A stretch of 64,000 bases of DNA from Methanobacteriota archaeon (GCA_027064425.1 JAMOPO010000015.1:32001-96000); one strand, 5' to 3'; positions 1 through 9,411 are shown, counted from the first letter of the stretch. The notes: a model not told the origin generated them from the sequence alone. Made by a program: numbers and translations.

Positions 1-404
1 TCGAGCTCTTCCACTTCCTGCGCGGGCTGCGGGACGGCGTGCGGTCCCGCATGGAGGTGCAGCGCGAGTCCTACGGCCGGGAGTTCCGGCGCACCGAGCT
101 CCTGCTCTACGACCTTTACCAGTTCGTCCGCCTGAAGCGGGACTCGCTGCTCATCGGCACGGACCCCAAGGGCGACCCGTACACCGACGTCCGCGAGGAG
201 CTGGGAGAGGAACTCGCCGAGCGGGACGAGGTGGTCGTCCTCGCCGGGGCCCGAAAGGGGCTCCCGCGCGGCGTCCTCCGGGCCTGTGACTACGTGCTCG
301 ACCTCTGCCCGGGCGTGACCTTCGCCACCGAGCACGTGGTACCCTCGGTGGTGACCGCGCTCGTCGACGCGTTCATCGAGGCCTCGGGAGGCAGCGAGCG
401 ATGA
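1..404 (+). CDS. SPOUT-family RNA methyltransferase (AF2226-like), 5' truncated by window edge
   Basis: Frame open from base 3 (ELFHFLRGLRDG...). Motifs TDPKG and GARKGLPRG..DYVLDLCPGVTFATEH fit a SPOUT knot C-terminus. Confidence 0.7.
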   Translation, partial: ELFHFLRGLRDGVRSRMEVQRESYGREFRRTELLLYDLYQFVRLKRDSLLIGTDPKGDPYTDVREELGEELAERDEVVVLAGARKGLPRGVLRACDYVLDLCPGVTFATEHVVPSVVTALVDAFIEASGGSER

Positions 405-1168
405 TCATCGGCGTGGTACACCTCCCGCCGCTGCCCGGATCCCCCCGAGCGCACGACATCGAGGAGGTCGTCGAGCGGGCCGTCCGGGACGCCTCCAGGC
501 TGGAGGAGGGCGGCGTTGACGCCGTGCTCGTGGAGAACTACGGGGACGCCCCGTACTACCCCGACGACGTGCCGAAGGTCACCGTAGCCTGCATGACCCG
601 GGTGGTCGCGGAGGTGATCGAGAGCGTGAGCGTGCCGGTGGGCGTCAACGTGCTCCGCAACGACGCGCTGGCGGCACTCAGCGTCTGCGCGGCGACCGGC
701 GCCTCCTTCATCCGGGTCAACGCCTACGTCGAGGCGGTGGCGACGGACCAGGGCGTGCTGCAGCCGGTGGCGCACGAGGTGCAGCGGGAGCTGAGGAACC
801 TGGGCCTGGACGTGGAGGTGTACGCTGACGTCAAGGTCAAGCACGGTCGCTCCCTGGACGACCGGCCCATCGAGGACGTCGCCCGGGACGCCGTCGAGCG
901 CGGGCTGGCGGACGCGGTCATCGTAACGGGAGGAGCCACGGGGTCCGCCCCGGAACCGGAGGAGGTGGAGCGGGTGGCCCGGGTCGTGGACCGAGTGCTG
1001 GTCGGGAGCGGGGTCACGCCGGACAACGTGGGGGAGTTCCTGAGGCGCGGTGCCTCCGGCTTCATCGTCGGAACTTACTTTAAGCGGAATGGAGTGACCG
1101 AGAACCCGGTCGACGTGGACCGCGTCCGGGAGCTAGTTAGCGCCGCCTCAAGGACCAAGGGGCGCTGA
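401..1168 (+). CDS. BtpA/SgcQ family TIM-barrel protein
   Basis: IIGVVHLPPLPGSP, ENYGDAPY, GVNVLRND, ADVKVKH, VLVGSGVT. Confidence 0.9.
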   Translation: MIIGVVHLPPLPGSPRAHDIEEVVERAVRDASRLEEGGVDAVLVENYGDAPYYPDDVPKVTVACMTRVVAEVIESVSVPVGVNVLRNDALAALSVCAATGASFIRVNAYVEAVATDQGVLQPVAHEVQRELRNLGLDVEVYADVKVKHGRSLDDRPIEDVARDAVERGLADAVIVTGGATGSAPEPEEVERVARVVDRVLVGSGVTPDNVGEFLRRGASGFIVGTYFKRNGVTENPVDVDRVRELVSAASRTKGR

Positions 1169-1186
1169 AGGGGCAGGCCCATCACG

Positions 1187-1861
1187 TTGGTGGAGAAGCG
1201 TCTGAACCGGCAGGAGCTGGAGTGGGTGCGGAAGAGGGTCGCCCGAGAGGCCGCCCGGCTCCTCTACGAGGGCGTGGTGGACGAGTACATTGACGCGAAG
1301 AAGATGGCCGCTCAGCGGTTGGGAGTCGACATCCTCCCATCCAACCGGGAGGTCGCGATCGAGCTCGACCGGATCGGTGACGAGCTGGAGGGCGAGCGCA
1401 AGCTCAAGCGACTAAAGCGGCTCCGTGAGGAGGCGCTCAAGGTCATGGAGGTGCTGGAGGACCTCGACCCGCGTCTCATCGGCAGCGTCTGGCGGGGGAA
1501 CATCAAGCGGGAGAGCGACATCGACATCGCCGTGCTCGGCACCACCGACCCGGAGGAGGTCATCGAGCGTCTCAAGGAGGCGGGCATCGAGATCCTGGAC
1601 GTGGACGAGGTGATCATCACCGAGCGCGGCGGGAAGCCCCTGGACATCCCGGAACACTACGTCAACATCAAGGTCCGCACGCCGGGCGGGGAGAAGGCGG
1701 AGATCAACGTCACCGTGAGCAGCCCGGAGCTCGAGCGCAAGGGCAAGGTCACGCTCGGCCGCTGCGACTTCTTCGGGGACAAAATGAAGGGACTGACCGT
1801 CGAGGAGCTGCGCAAGCTCCTGAAGGAGGACCCGTACCGGAAGTTCATCCCGCCCGAATGA
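1187..1861 (+). CDS. Nucleotidyltransferase-domain protein
   Basis: Pol-beta NTase motif LIGSVWRG..SDIDI; N-terminal AREAARLLY helix region. Confidence 0.8.
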   Translation: MVEKRLNRQELEWVRKRVAREAARLLYEGVVDEYIDAKKMAAQRLGVDILPSNREVAIELDRIGDELEGERKLKRLKRLREEALKVMEVLEDLDPRLIGSVWRGNIKRESDIDIAVLGTTDPEEVIERLKEAGIEILDVDEVIITERGGKPLDIPEHYVNIKVRTPGGEKAEINVTVSSPELERKGKVTLGRCDFFGDKMKGLTVEELRKLLKEDPYRKFIPPE

Positions 1862-2398
1862 TCAGTCGGAGTACCGGACGAGGTCCACGTCCAGTCCGAG
1901 CGCGTCGAGCACCTTCTGCACCACGTAGTCGACCAGGTCCATCACGCTCCGCGGCTCGTGGTAGAACGCCGGGCAGGCGGGGAGAACCGTCGCACCCTCC
2001 CGGGCCAGCTCCAGCGCCGCGCGGAACCCGGAGGCCGGCCACGGGGTCTCCCGGACCACCAGGACCAGCCGGCGCCCCTCCTTCAGCGCCACGATCGCGG
2101 CCCGCTTCACCAGGTCCGAGGCGATACCGGCCGAGATGCTCGCCAGCGTTCCCAGCGTGCACGGGCACACGACGTACCCGTCCACCTTGTAAGTCCCGCT
2201 CGCGGGCGGGGCGGTGACGTCGTCCGGGTCGTAGCGCTTGACGCCGCTCGGCAGCTGCACCCCCTCCCGCTCCATGACCTTCTCCGCCGCCTTAGTCACG
2301 CTCACCTCCACCTCGACGCCCTCGTCCAGCAGGACCTCGATCAACCTCCGAGCGTAGATCTGACCGCTCGCTCCCGTAATACCTATGAACACTCGCAA
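1862..2398 (-). CDS. ubiX: Flavin prenyltransferase UbiX
   Basis: GITGASG, ASG, VRETP, PACPAFYHEP. Start reassigned to TTG at 2398. Confidence 0.9.
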   Translation of the reverse strand: MRVFIGITGASGQIYARRLIEVLLDEGVEVEVSVTKAAEKVMEREGVQLPSGVKRYDPDDVTAPPASGTYKVDGYVVCPCTLGTLASISAGIASDLVKRAAIVALKEGRRLVLVVRETPWPASGFRAALELAREGATVLPACPAFYHEPRSVMDLVDYVVQKVLDALGLDVDLVRYSD

Positions 2399-2411
2399 GC
2401 CCACCGTCCCC

Positions 2412-2475
2412 GGCGCGGATGAGGAGTGATGGGCGGACCGAGGCACCGATGACGAGTCCTTTAAGTGCCGACGTC
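2412..2475 (+). ncRNA. Box C/D guide sRNA (predicted targets 16S C1402 and U912, E. coli numbering)
   Basis: C ATGAGGA 2419-25, guide GTGATGGGCGGA, D' CCGA 2438-41, C' ATGACGA 2449-55, guide GTCCTTTAAGTG, D CCGA 2468-71. Guides are complementary to conserved 16S CCGCCCGUCAC and ACUUAAAGGA. Confidence 0.88.
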
Positions 2476-3100
2476 ACACGCCGTGCGCGACCTTGCACCG
2501 AAGGTACAGCACCAAGAAGTTGAACGCCGCGTGAACCATCGCCGCCGAGGCGTAGCCCGCGAGAGCCCCGGCCCACCTCACTCCCACCTTCCGTCCGAAC
2601 CCGTACAGGAAGGCGAACGTGACCGTCGCCAGCACGTGAACCGGGAGCGACACGAAGGTCCGGGTTACCCCGACCACGATCGGGGCCAGAGGACCCAGCT
2701 TGAGGCTTCCCAGGGCGTAAAAGAAGTTCTCGATGGTCGCGAACCCGAGCGCGGTCGTCGCGGCCAGGGTGATGGCGCCGGACAAGCTTCCACCGCACCC
2801 TCTGACCGCGTCGACCAGGAACTCGACCGCCCGGTTCAGGCTCAATGGGCCGGCGTAGCGAGCCACTGGAGCGAGCGACAGTCTCAGCAGGCTCGAGGCG
2901 ACCCGGGGCACCGCGAGGAAGCTCAGTCCCTTGGAGAGCTCCTCGACGAGCGGCGCGACGACCGTGACCATGACCACCTTGGGCGGGTTCCCGAGCAGCG
3001 AGGTGGCGGCTACCTCCCCGAGCAGCGCCAGTAGGACCGAGATGGGGCCGTAAACCGTCCCCAACACCGCCGCCGCGAGCAGTGACAGGAGCCGGAACAT
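2474..3100 (-). CDS. PrsW-family intramembrane protease
   Basis: APLVEELSKG, ALGFATIEN, HVLAT, HAAFN motifs; hydrophobic segments. Confidence 0.8.
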   Translation of the reverse strand: MFRLLSLLAAAVLGTVYGPISVLLALLGEVAATSLLGNPPKVVMVTVVAPLVEELSKGLSFLAVPRVASSLLRLSLAPVARYAGPLSLNRAVEFLVDAVRGCGGSLSGAITLAATTALGFATIENFFYALGSLKLGPLAPIVVGVTRTFVSLPVHVLATVTFAFLYGFGRKVGVRWAGALAGYASAAMVHAAFNFLVLYLRCKVAHGV

Positions 3101-3115
3101 CCCATCGACCCCGCG

Positions 3116-3186
3116 GGGCGTGATGTGGAAAGGGCCTGGAATCTGACCCTCGGCGAGGATGATGACAACGGCCGTCGCCGAACCGA
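3116..3186 (+). ncRNA. Box C/D guide sRNA
   Basis: C-like GTGATGT near 3120, guide AGGGCCTGGA (complement of archaeal 16S UCCAGGCCCU), D' CTGA 3143-46, C' ATGATGA 3159-65, D CCGA 3178-81. Confidence 0.75.
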
Positions 3187-3234
3187 TCCCGACTTAAAAC
3201 CCCGGTCACCCGCCGGCCCGGGGAGCGCCGGGCG

Positions 3235-3510
3235 TTGTTCGTGGCCAAGTACCTGGGCCGTTCTCGGTACTCGGAGCTGGATGACAACCTGAAGAACTTC
3301 GCCCGGCTGAAGGCGTCCCTGGCCGGTGTTGACCTCGACAGGGACCCGCACGTGCTGCTGTTCAACGTGGAGGGCACCGCCAGTTACTACGTGATCTTCG
3401 AGGAGGAGGTTGAGTCCGTCGAGGACGTGGAAAGGCTCCTGAAAAAGGACATGGGGGCCAGACTATCACGGGATTCGAGGGAGAGGGTCGAGAGGATTCT
3501 AAACTCCTGA
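3235..3510 (+). CDS. Conserved methanogen protein (DUF749-like)
   Basis: 91 aa, genome-typical codon use; FVAKYLG...FNVEGTASYYVIF resembles DUF749. Confidence 0.65.
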   Translation: MFVAKYLGRSRYSELDDNLKNFARLKASLAGVDLDRDPHVLLFNVEGTASYYVIFEEEVESVEDVERLLKKDMGARLSRDSRERVERILNS

Positions 3511-4079
3511 AGGCGCAGTGGGTCGCGCTCAACGAGGTGGTCAACGAGCTGAGGTCCCGCGGTGTCGACGTCCCGCGCGAGGTGACCGAGAACCTGAAGA
3601 TCGCGCGGATGATCCTCCACCATTACGAGTTCGACCCGCACACCAGCGCCAAGACCCTGGCCAAGGCGCACAAGTACCTGGATCGTGCTCAGCGGTCCCT
3701 GGCCGAGCTCTGCGAGGAGCACGAGGATTTGATGGAGAAGCTGTCCGAGTGGGTTGAGAACGCCGACGAGCTGGCCTCCCGGTTCCTGGAGGACGCGGCC
3801 AGGTCCGAGTTCTCCCCGATGCGCCACCGGCCCGTGCCCCGGGCCGGGGACGGGTACGCTCGGGTGGAGCTCCCGGAGCCGGTCGAGGTGGAGCGGCTTC
3901 AGGACGTCTGCGAGGAGACCGGCGCCATCGTCACGTACGCGGGGAGGTGGACGAAGGTAGAGGTGTTCGGCGATCGTGAGGCCGTTAAGCGGGCGTTGCG
4001 CTCGATCCGCGAGCTGCCCGAGTCCTGGAAGAAGCTCCTCGAGCGGCGCGGGATACCTGACAAAAGCAATAAGTCATGA
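3507..4079 (+). CDS. Conserved methanogen protein (DUF2096-like); start uncertain (CTG 3507 or GTG 3537)
   Basis: QWVALNEVV N-terminus; RVELPEPVEVERLQDVCEETG..V.VFG..EAVKRAL C-terminus. Confidence 0.7.
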   Translation: MKAQWVALNEVVNELRSRGVDVPREVTENLKIARMILHHYEFDPHTSAKTLAKAHKYLDRAQRSLAELCEEHEDLMEKLSEWVENADELASRFLEDAARSEFSPMRHRPVPRAGDGYARVELPEPVEVERLQDVCEETGAIVTYAGRWTKVEVFGDREAVKRALRSIRELPESWKKLLERRGIPDKSNKS

Positions 4080-4113
4080 GCGGCCCCGGACGGCCGTTCG
4101 GGGTGGTGATCGC

Positions 4114-4734
4114 GTGATCGGGATCGCGACCGCGGACTTCCACGGGGACGTGGAGAAGGCCGAGGAGGTGGCCGAGAAGGCCGCGGACGAGGACGCGGAC
4201 GTCATCTTCGTGGCCGGGGACGTCTCCGACTTCAACCTTGATGATCCCGTGAACGCGGCCGAGGAGATCATCGACGTCCTCGAGGAGCACGGTCAAGAGA
4301 TTATGGCCGTGCCCGGAAACTGCGACACGCACGAGGTGGTCCGCACGCTGGACACTCGCGGAGTGTCCGTCCACCTCAAGCGGAAGCGGCTCGGGGACTA
4401 CGACGTGGTGGGGATGGGTGGGTCCAACCCGACGCCGTTCGACACGCCGTTGGAGTTCAAGGAGGACGTGCTAGAGTCCCGGCTCCAGGACCTGATGAGG
4501 CGGGCCAGCGAGCCGATCATCCTGCTGACCCACGCCCCGCCCAAGGACACGAAGGTGGACAAGGTCGAGTCCGGCGAGCACGTGGGCAGCGAGGCGATTC
4601 GAAAGATCGTGGAGGAGTACCAGCCCAAGTTCCACATCTGCGCCCACATCCACGAGGCGGCGGGCGAAGACGAGCTGGGTGACACCAGGATCGTGAACCC
4701 GGGCCCGGGCGGGGCGGTGGTCCTGGAGCTGTGA
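4114..4734 (+). CDS. Calcineurin-like metallophosphoesterase
   Basis: ADFHG, AGDVSD, PGNCD, THAPP, CAHIHE, VNPG. Start GTG 4114 after GGTGGTGA. Confidence 0.9.
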   Translation: MIGIATADFHGDVEKAEEVAEKAADEDADVIFVAGDVSDFNLDDPVNAAEEIIDVLEEHGQEIMAVPGNCDTHEVVRTLDTRGVSVHLKRKRLGDYDVVGMGGSNPTPFDTPLEFKEDVLESRLQDLMRRASEPIILLTHAPPKDTKVDKVESGEHVGSEAIRKIVEEYQPKFHICAHIHEAAGEDELGDTRIVNPGPGGAVVLEL

Positions 4735-5339
4735 GCGAGCCTCGGTTCCCCTGGGAGAGGGAGCTGATTAAGTTCGTCCGGCGGCGGCTTCGGGGCTCCC
4801 GGGTTCCCCCCTCCCACGGTTACGACCACGTCCGACGCGTCGTCTCCCTCTGCGAGTTCATCGGGGATCGGGAAGGAGCCGACGTGGAGATCCTCCGCGC
4901 CGCCGCCTGGCTGCACGATGTAGGAAGGCCCGAGGAGGAGCGGACGGGCCGCGATCACGCCCGCATCAGCGCTCGGATAGCCGCGAAGGTCCTCCCGTCC
5001 GTGGGCTTCCCGGAGAGTAAGCTCGACGACGTCGTGCACGCCATCGAGGCCCACCGGTACTCGACGGGGCCGGAGCCGGAGACCCTCGAGGCGAAGATCC
5101 TGCAGGACGCGGACAACCTCGACGCGCTGGGCGCGGTGGGCATCGCCCGGTGCTTCTGCGTGGTCGGTGAGCGGAGGACCCGGATACGCGACGGCGTCCA
5201 ACATTTTTATGAAAAGCTGTTAAAGCTCCCCGACCTCATGCACACGGAGACGGCCCGGAAGCTGGCCCGAATTCGTCTCCGGCGCATGCTCGCGTTCCTG
5301 GACTGGTACCGGGAGGAGGCGGAGGAGATGAGGAGTTAG
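4731..5339 (+). CDS. HD-domain phosphohydrolase
   Basis: HGYDH, LHDVG, AIEAH, QDADNLDALGAVGIAR. Confidence 0.9.
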   Translation: MSEPRFPWERELIKFVRRRLRGSRVPPSHGYDHVRRVVSLCEFIGDREGADVEILRAAAWLHDVGRPEEERTGRDHARISARIAAKVLPSVGFPESKLDDVVHAIEAHRYSTGPEPETLEAKILQDADNLDALGAVGIARCFCVVGERRTRIRDGVQHFYEKLLKLPDLMHTETARKLARIRLRRMLAFLDWYREEAEEMRS

Positions 5340-5387
5340 GGGTCGGCCGAGCCGCCGATGAGGAGGACGGGGTTTACCCGACCTCCG
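5321..5387 (+). ncRNA. Box C/D guide sRNA overlapping the HD gene stop
   Basis: C ATGAGGA 5328-34, D' CCGA 5347-50, C' ATGAGGA 5358-64, D CCGA 5378-81, 12-13 nt guides, terminal GGAGG/CCTCC stem. Confidence 0.8.
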
Positions 5388-5391
5388 CGAC

Positions 5392-5399
5392 TTTTTTAA
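5392..5399 (+). promoter_or_regulatory. TATA-box-like element of the ribosomal protein operon
   Basis: TTTTTTAA in GC-rich DNA about 30 bp upstream of rps13. Confidence 0.6.
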
Positions 5400-5426
5400 G
5401 AGCATCGAGTCCGGCGGCCGGGGGGC

Positions 5427-5891
5427 ATGACCTTGGCGGAGGAGGACATCAAGCCCATCGTCCGGATCGCGGACGTCGACCTGGACGGGCACAAGAAGGT
5501 CCCGTACGCGCTCACGGGCATCAAGGGCATCGGCATCAGGATGGCGTACGCGATCTGCCGAGAGCTCGGAATCGACACGGAGAAGCGGCTCGGAGAGCTG
5601 TCCGACGAGGAGATTCAGCGCATCGAGGAGGAGATCGAGAAGCTGTCCAAGGGTGAGTCCAACATCCCGTCCTGGATGTACAACCGGCAGAAGGACTACG
5701 AGACGGGCGAGGACAAGCACCTGGTCGGAGCCGAGCTGGAGATGACCGTCAAGCAGGATATCGACCGCCTGAAGAAGATCCGCGCCTACCGCGGAATCCG
5801 GCACGAGCTCGGGCTGCCCGTCCGCGGTCAGCGGACCCGGTCGTCCTTCCGACGTGGAAAGACCGTTGGTGTGAAGAAGAAGCAGCGCTAA
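5427..5891 (+). CDS. rps13: 30S ribosomal protein S13
   Basis: ALTGIKGIG, YRGIRHELGLPVRGQRTRS. Confidence 0.98.
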   Translation: MTLAEEDIKPIVRIADVDLDGHKKVPYALTGIKGIGIRMAYAICRELGIDTEKRLGELSDEEIQRIEEEIEKLSKGESNIPSWMYNRQKDYETGEDKHLVGAELEMTVKQDIDRLKKIRAYRGIRHELGLPVRGQRTRSSFRRGKTVGVKKKQR

Positions 5892-5912
5892 CCCGCGCCG
5901 GGGGCCTCGTCC

Positions 5913-6482
5913 ATGGGTGATCCCAAGAAGCCGCGCAAGAAGTACGAGACGCCCCGCCACCCGTGGGAGAAGGAGCGCCTGGAGTACGAGAAGAAGCTCA
6001 TGCGGAAGTACGGGCTGCGGCGGAAGAAGGAGCTGTGGAAGCACCAGACCCAGCTCAAGCGCTGGCGTGACCGGGCCAAGAGGCTGATGGCGGCCAGCGG
6101 TCCGCAGGCCCAGCGGGAGCGCGAGGCCCTGTTCCGCAAGCTGTACGAGCTCGGAATCCTGGACAAGCCGCCCGAGGAGGCGACCCTGGACGACATCCTG
6201 AAGCTCAGCGTTGAGGACGTCCTCGAGCGCCGGTTGCAGACGATCGTCTACCGGAAGGGTCTCGCCAAGACCCCGCTGCAGGCCCGGCAGCTCATCGTGC
6301 ACCGGCACATCGCCATCGGCGACCGGATCGTGACCGTGCCGAGCTACCTCGTGACCCGCGAGGAGGAGGACAAGGTTCAGTACTCGCCGTACTCACCGCT
6401 CCGAGACAAGGACCACCCGCTCCGCGCCCAGATCGAGGGCGAAGCCCCCGAGGAGACCGCCGAGTCGGCCGAGTCCGAGTAG
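5913..6482 (+). CDS. rps4: 30S ribosomal protein S4
   Basis: [36 protein letters not shown]. Confidence 0.98.
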   Translation: MGDPKKPRKKYETPRHPWEKERLEYEKKLMRKYGLRRKKELWKHQTQLKRWRDRAKRLMAASGPQAQREREALFRKLYELGILDKPPEEATLDDILKLSVEDVLERRLQTIVYRKGLAKTPLQARQLIVHRHIAIGDRIVTVPSYLVTREEEDKVQYSPYSPLRDKDHPLRAQIEGEAPEETAESAESE

Positions 6483-6508
6483 ATTAACCGCCGGGAGGGG
6501 TGATCGCG

Positions 6509-6931
6509 ATGGCGGAGGAGGGTGGCGGCGAGAAGAAGAAAAAGAAGAAGGAGCGCTGGGGCATCGCGCACATTTACGCCTCGTTCAACAACACGATCAT
6601 CACCATCACCGACCTGACCGGTGCCGAGACCTTCGCCCGCTGCTCCGGCGGCATGGTGGTGGACGCGGACCGGGAGGAGAGCTCGCCCTACGCCGCGATG
6701 AAGGCGGCCCGCAGGGCCGCCGAGGAGGCCAAGGAGAAGGGCATCACCGCCGTCCACGTTAAGGTCCGAGCGCCGGGCGGTCACGGCCCCAAGACACCGG
6801 GTCCGGGCGCTCAGGCGGCGATTCGAGCCCTCGCGCGGGCCGGACTGAAGATCGGCCGGATCGAGGACGTGACCCCGATCCCGCACGACGGCACTCGGCG
6901 ACCGGGCGGCAAGAGAGGACGCAGGGTCTGA
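6509..6931 (+). CDS. rps11: 30S ribosomal protein S11
   Basis: [36 protein letters not shown]. Confidence 0.98.
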   Translation: MAEEGGGEKKKKKKERWGIAHIYASFNNTIITITDLTGAETFARCSGGMVVDADREESSPYAAMKAARRAAEEAKEKGITAVHVKVRAPGGHGPKTPGPGAQAAIRALARAGLKIGRIEDVTPIPHDGTRRPGGKRGRRV

Positions 6932-6937
6932 GCGCCC

Positions 6938-7753
6938 TTGCGCGTCAGCCTCTACGACTACGAGAAGCGGGACGTCGAGCGCGCCACCTTCATCATCGAG
7001 GACACCAGCCCGGAGTTCGTCAACACCATCCGCCGCGCCCTCTACACCCTCGTTCCCACGCTGCGGATCGAGGAGGTCATCATCTACGAGAACGACACGC
7101 CGATGTACGACGAGATGCTCGCCCACCGGCTCGGCCTCATCCCCCTCAAGGTCGACGACATCGACCAGTTCGAGCTGCCGGACCTCTGCGACTGCGGTGG
7201 CAAGGGCTGCGAGAAGTGTCAGGTGAGGGCGGAGCTCGAGGTGGAGGGGCCCAAGAAGGTCTACGCCAAGGACCTCGAGTTCGACCACCCGGACGTGGAG
7301 CCCGCCTTCCCCGACATGCTGATCACCGAGGTGGGCGAGGAGCAGCGCCTGCGCCTCGAGGCCATCGCGGTCCCCGGCCTGGGCCTGGAGCACGCCAAGT
7401 GGAAGCCGGTCAGCGCGGTCGGTTACAAGGGCCTGCCCGAGCTGGAGATCGACGAGGAGAAGCTCAAGGAGAAGAAAATCACGTACGAGTGCCCGCAGGG
7501 CATCATCAAGGTGAAGGACGGCGAGATCGTGCACATCGACGAGGACCGGCTCCCCGAGTGCCGGATGTACAAGGAGTACGAGCGTGCGACGGACGGCGCG
7601 ATCAAGCTCAAGCTCCGGGACGACGCGTTCGTGTTCAACGTGGAGACGGACGGCTCCATGCCCCTGGAGGAGGTGCTCATGCGGGCCTTCGACGCGCTTG
7701 AGCACAAGCTCAAGTCGCTGCGCGAGAACCTGGAGGAGGAGGTGGGGGAGTAG
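6938..7753 (+). CDS. rpoD: RNA polymerase subunit D (Rpo3)
   Basis: FVNTIRR, DEMLAHRLGLIPL, HAKWKPVS, FNVETDGS. Confidence 0.97.
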   Translation: MRVSLYDYEKRDVERATFIIEDTSPEFVNTIRRALYTLVPTLRIEEVIIYENDTPMYDEMLAHRLGLIPLKVDDIDQFELPDLCDCGGKGCEKCQVRAELEVEGPKKVYAKDLEFDHPDVEPAFPDMLITEVGEEQRLRLEAIAVPGLGLEHAKWKPVSAVGYKGLPELEIDEEKLKEKKITYECPQGIIKVKDGEIVHIDEDRLPECRMYKEYERATDGAIKLKLRDDAFVFNVETDGSMPLEEVLMRAFDALEHKLKSLRENLEEEVGE

Positions 7754-7756
7754 ACC

Positions 7757-8140
7757 ATGACCTGGGCGCCCACCGGACCCACGAACATCGAGCTGAGGAA
7801 GCTCATCCGCGACCTGAAGAAGGCGTCCCGGAAGTACAACGCCCCGATCTGGCGGGACGTGGCCGAGCGGCTCTCCCGGCCGCGGCGGCAGCGGGCCGAG
7901 GTTAACGTGGGCAAGCTCGACGGGCTGGCCCGGCGCGGGGTGATCCAGGAGAACGAGACCGTGCTGGTGCCCGGCAAGGTCCTCGGGGATGGCGTCCTGA
8001 CCCAGCCGCTCCGGGTCGCGGCGTGGCGGTTCAGCCGGACGGCGAGGAAGAAGATCGAGGCCGCGGGTGGGGAGTGCCTGACCATTCGGGAGCTGATGGA
8101 GGAGAACCCGCGCGGCTCCTACGTGCGGATCATCGAGTAG
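7757..8140 (+). CDS. rpl18e: 50S ribosomal protein L18e
   Basis: AEVNVGKL, VPGKVLGDG, KIEAAGG. Confidence 0.96.
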   Translation: MTWAPTGPTNIELRKLIRDLKKASRKYNAPIWRDVAERLSRPRRQRAEVNVGKLDGLARRGVIQENETVLVPGKVLGDGVLTQPLRVAAWRFSRTARKKIEAAGGECLTIRELMEENPRGSYVRIIE

Positions 8141-8143
8141 GGG

Positions 8144-8635
8144 GTGCGGACCGTGGAGTACGCGCACGCCAAACCGGTCGACCCGAACGAGTGGACGATC
8201 ATCGACGCTGAGAACGCCATTCTCGGCCGGCTCGCCAGCGTCGTGGCCAAGCGGCTGCTCAAGGGCGAGCGGATCGCGGTGATCAACACCGAGAAGGCCA
8301 TCATCACGGGCGACAAGCAGCGGATCAAGGAGGAGTGGCTGCAGAAGATCCAGCGAGGCGACCCGAAGAAGGGTCCGTTCTACCCGCGCCGGCCCGACCT
8401 GATCTTCCGGCGAGTCGTGCGAGGCATGCTGCCCTGGAAGACGTCCCGGGGTCGCAACGCCTTCCGGCGCCTGAGGGCCTACATCGGGACGCCCAAGTGG
8501 GTGGAGGAGGCCGGCGTGGAGCCTGAGCGGGTGCCTGAGGCCGACATGAGCAGGCTGGGCCGCGTCTGGTACGTCACGCTCGAAGAGCTCTCCCGAGAGC
8601 TGGGTTACCGGCCACCGGAGGGGGCGTTCGAGTAA
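8144..8635 (+). CDS. rpl13: 50S ribosomal protein L13
   Basis: [22 protein letters not shown]. Confidence 0.97.
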   Translation: MRTVEYAHAKPVDPNEWTIIDAENAILGRLASVVAKRLLKGERIAVINTEKAIITGDKQRIKEEWLQKIQRGDPKKGPFYPRRPDLIFRRVVRGMLPWKTSRGRNAFRRLRAYIGTPKWVEEAGVEPERVPEADMSRLGRVWYVTLEELSRELGYRPPEGAFE

Positions 8636-9039
8636 TGGCCCGGATCGTCCAGACCACCGGCAAGAGAAAGACCGCGATCGCCCGGGCGGTGATCCGGGAG
8701 GGTAAGGGCCGGGTCCGCGTCAACAAGCGCCCGGTTAACATCATCGAGCCCGAGATGGCCCGGATGAAGATCATGGAGCCCCTGATGATCGCCGGCGAGG
8801 ACGTCGTCAGCCAGGTGGACATTGACGTCAAGGTTCAGGGAGGCGGGTGGATGAGCCAGGCCGAGGCGGCCCGGATCGCGATCGCCCGCGGGCTCGTGGA
8901 GTGGACCGGTGACCCGGACCTTCGGGACGCCTACCTGGCCTACGACCGGCACATGCTGAAGGGAGACCCGCGACGCAAGGAGCCCAAGAAGTTCGGAGGT
9001 CGCGGCGCCCGAGCCAGGAGGCAGAAGAGCTACCGCTAA
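8635..9039 (+). CDS. rps9: 30S ribosomal protein S9
   Basis: [29 protein letters not shown]. Confidence 0.98.
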   Translation: MARIVQTTGKRKTAIARAVIREGKGRVRVNKRPVNIIEPEMARMKIMEPLMIAGEDVVSQVDIDVKVQGGGWMSQAEAARIAIARGLVEWTGDPDLRDAYLAYDRHMLKGDPRRKEPKKFGGRGARARRQKSYR

Positions 9040-9051
9040 GGGGCCCGGCCC

Positions 9052-9270
9052 ATGATCATCCCGATCCGGTGCTTCACCTGCGGGCGGCCGATCGCGCACC
9101 TGTGGGAGAAGTACGTCGAGATGGTCGAGGAGGAGGGCAAGAGTCCCAAGGAGGCCCTGGACGAGCTGGGGATCCACCGGTACTGCTGCCGACGGATGTT
9201 CCTGTCGCACGTGGACCTGCTGAAGGAATCCCTGCCGTACACGCCCCCACGCCTCGGCTCGCCCCGTTAA
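9052..9270 (+). CDS. rpoN: RNA polymerase subunit N (Rpo10)
   Basis: MIIPIRCFTCG, RYCCRRMFLSHV. Confidence 0.98.
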   Translation: MIIPIRCFTCGRPIAHLWEKYVEMVEEEGKSPKEALDELGIHRYCCRRMFLSHVDLLKESLPYTPPRLGSPR

Positions 9271-9308
9271 GGTTATTAATCCCGGCCCCCGGGCCCGCCT
9301 CGGAGCCC

Positions 9309-9409
9309 GGGGCCGTGGGGTAGCCTGGTCTATCCTCCGCGGCTGGGGAGCGGCCGAGCGGCCGCCCGGAGGCCGCGGGACCCCGGTTCAAATCCGGGCG
9401 GCCCCACCA
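9309..9409 (+). tRNA. tRNA-Pro(GGG) with a 23-nt BHB intron at 37/38 (9349-9371) and encoded CCA
   Basis: Acceptor GGGGCCG/CGGCCCC, T-loop TTCAAAT, anticodon stem CGCGG/CCGCG. Intron A-GCGGCC-GAGC-GGCCGC-CCGG-AG forms a bulge-helix-bulge. TTATTAAT upstream at 9273-80. Confidence 0.96.
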
Positions 9410-9411
9410 AC

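Noticed and set aside
7420-7610. RpoD domain 3 lacking a complete 4Fe-4S motif
   Set aside because: Loss of this cluster is common among archaeal RpoD proteins.
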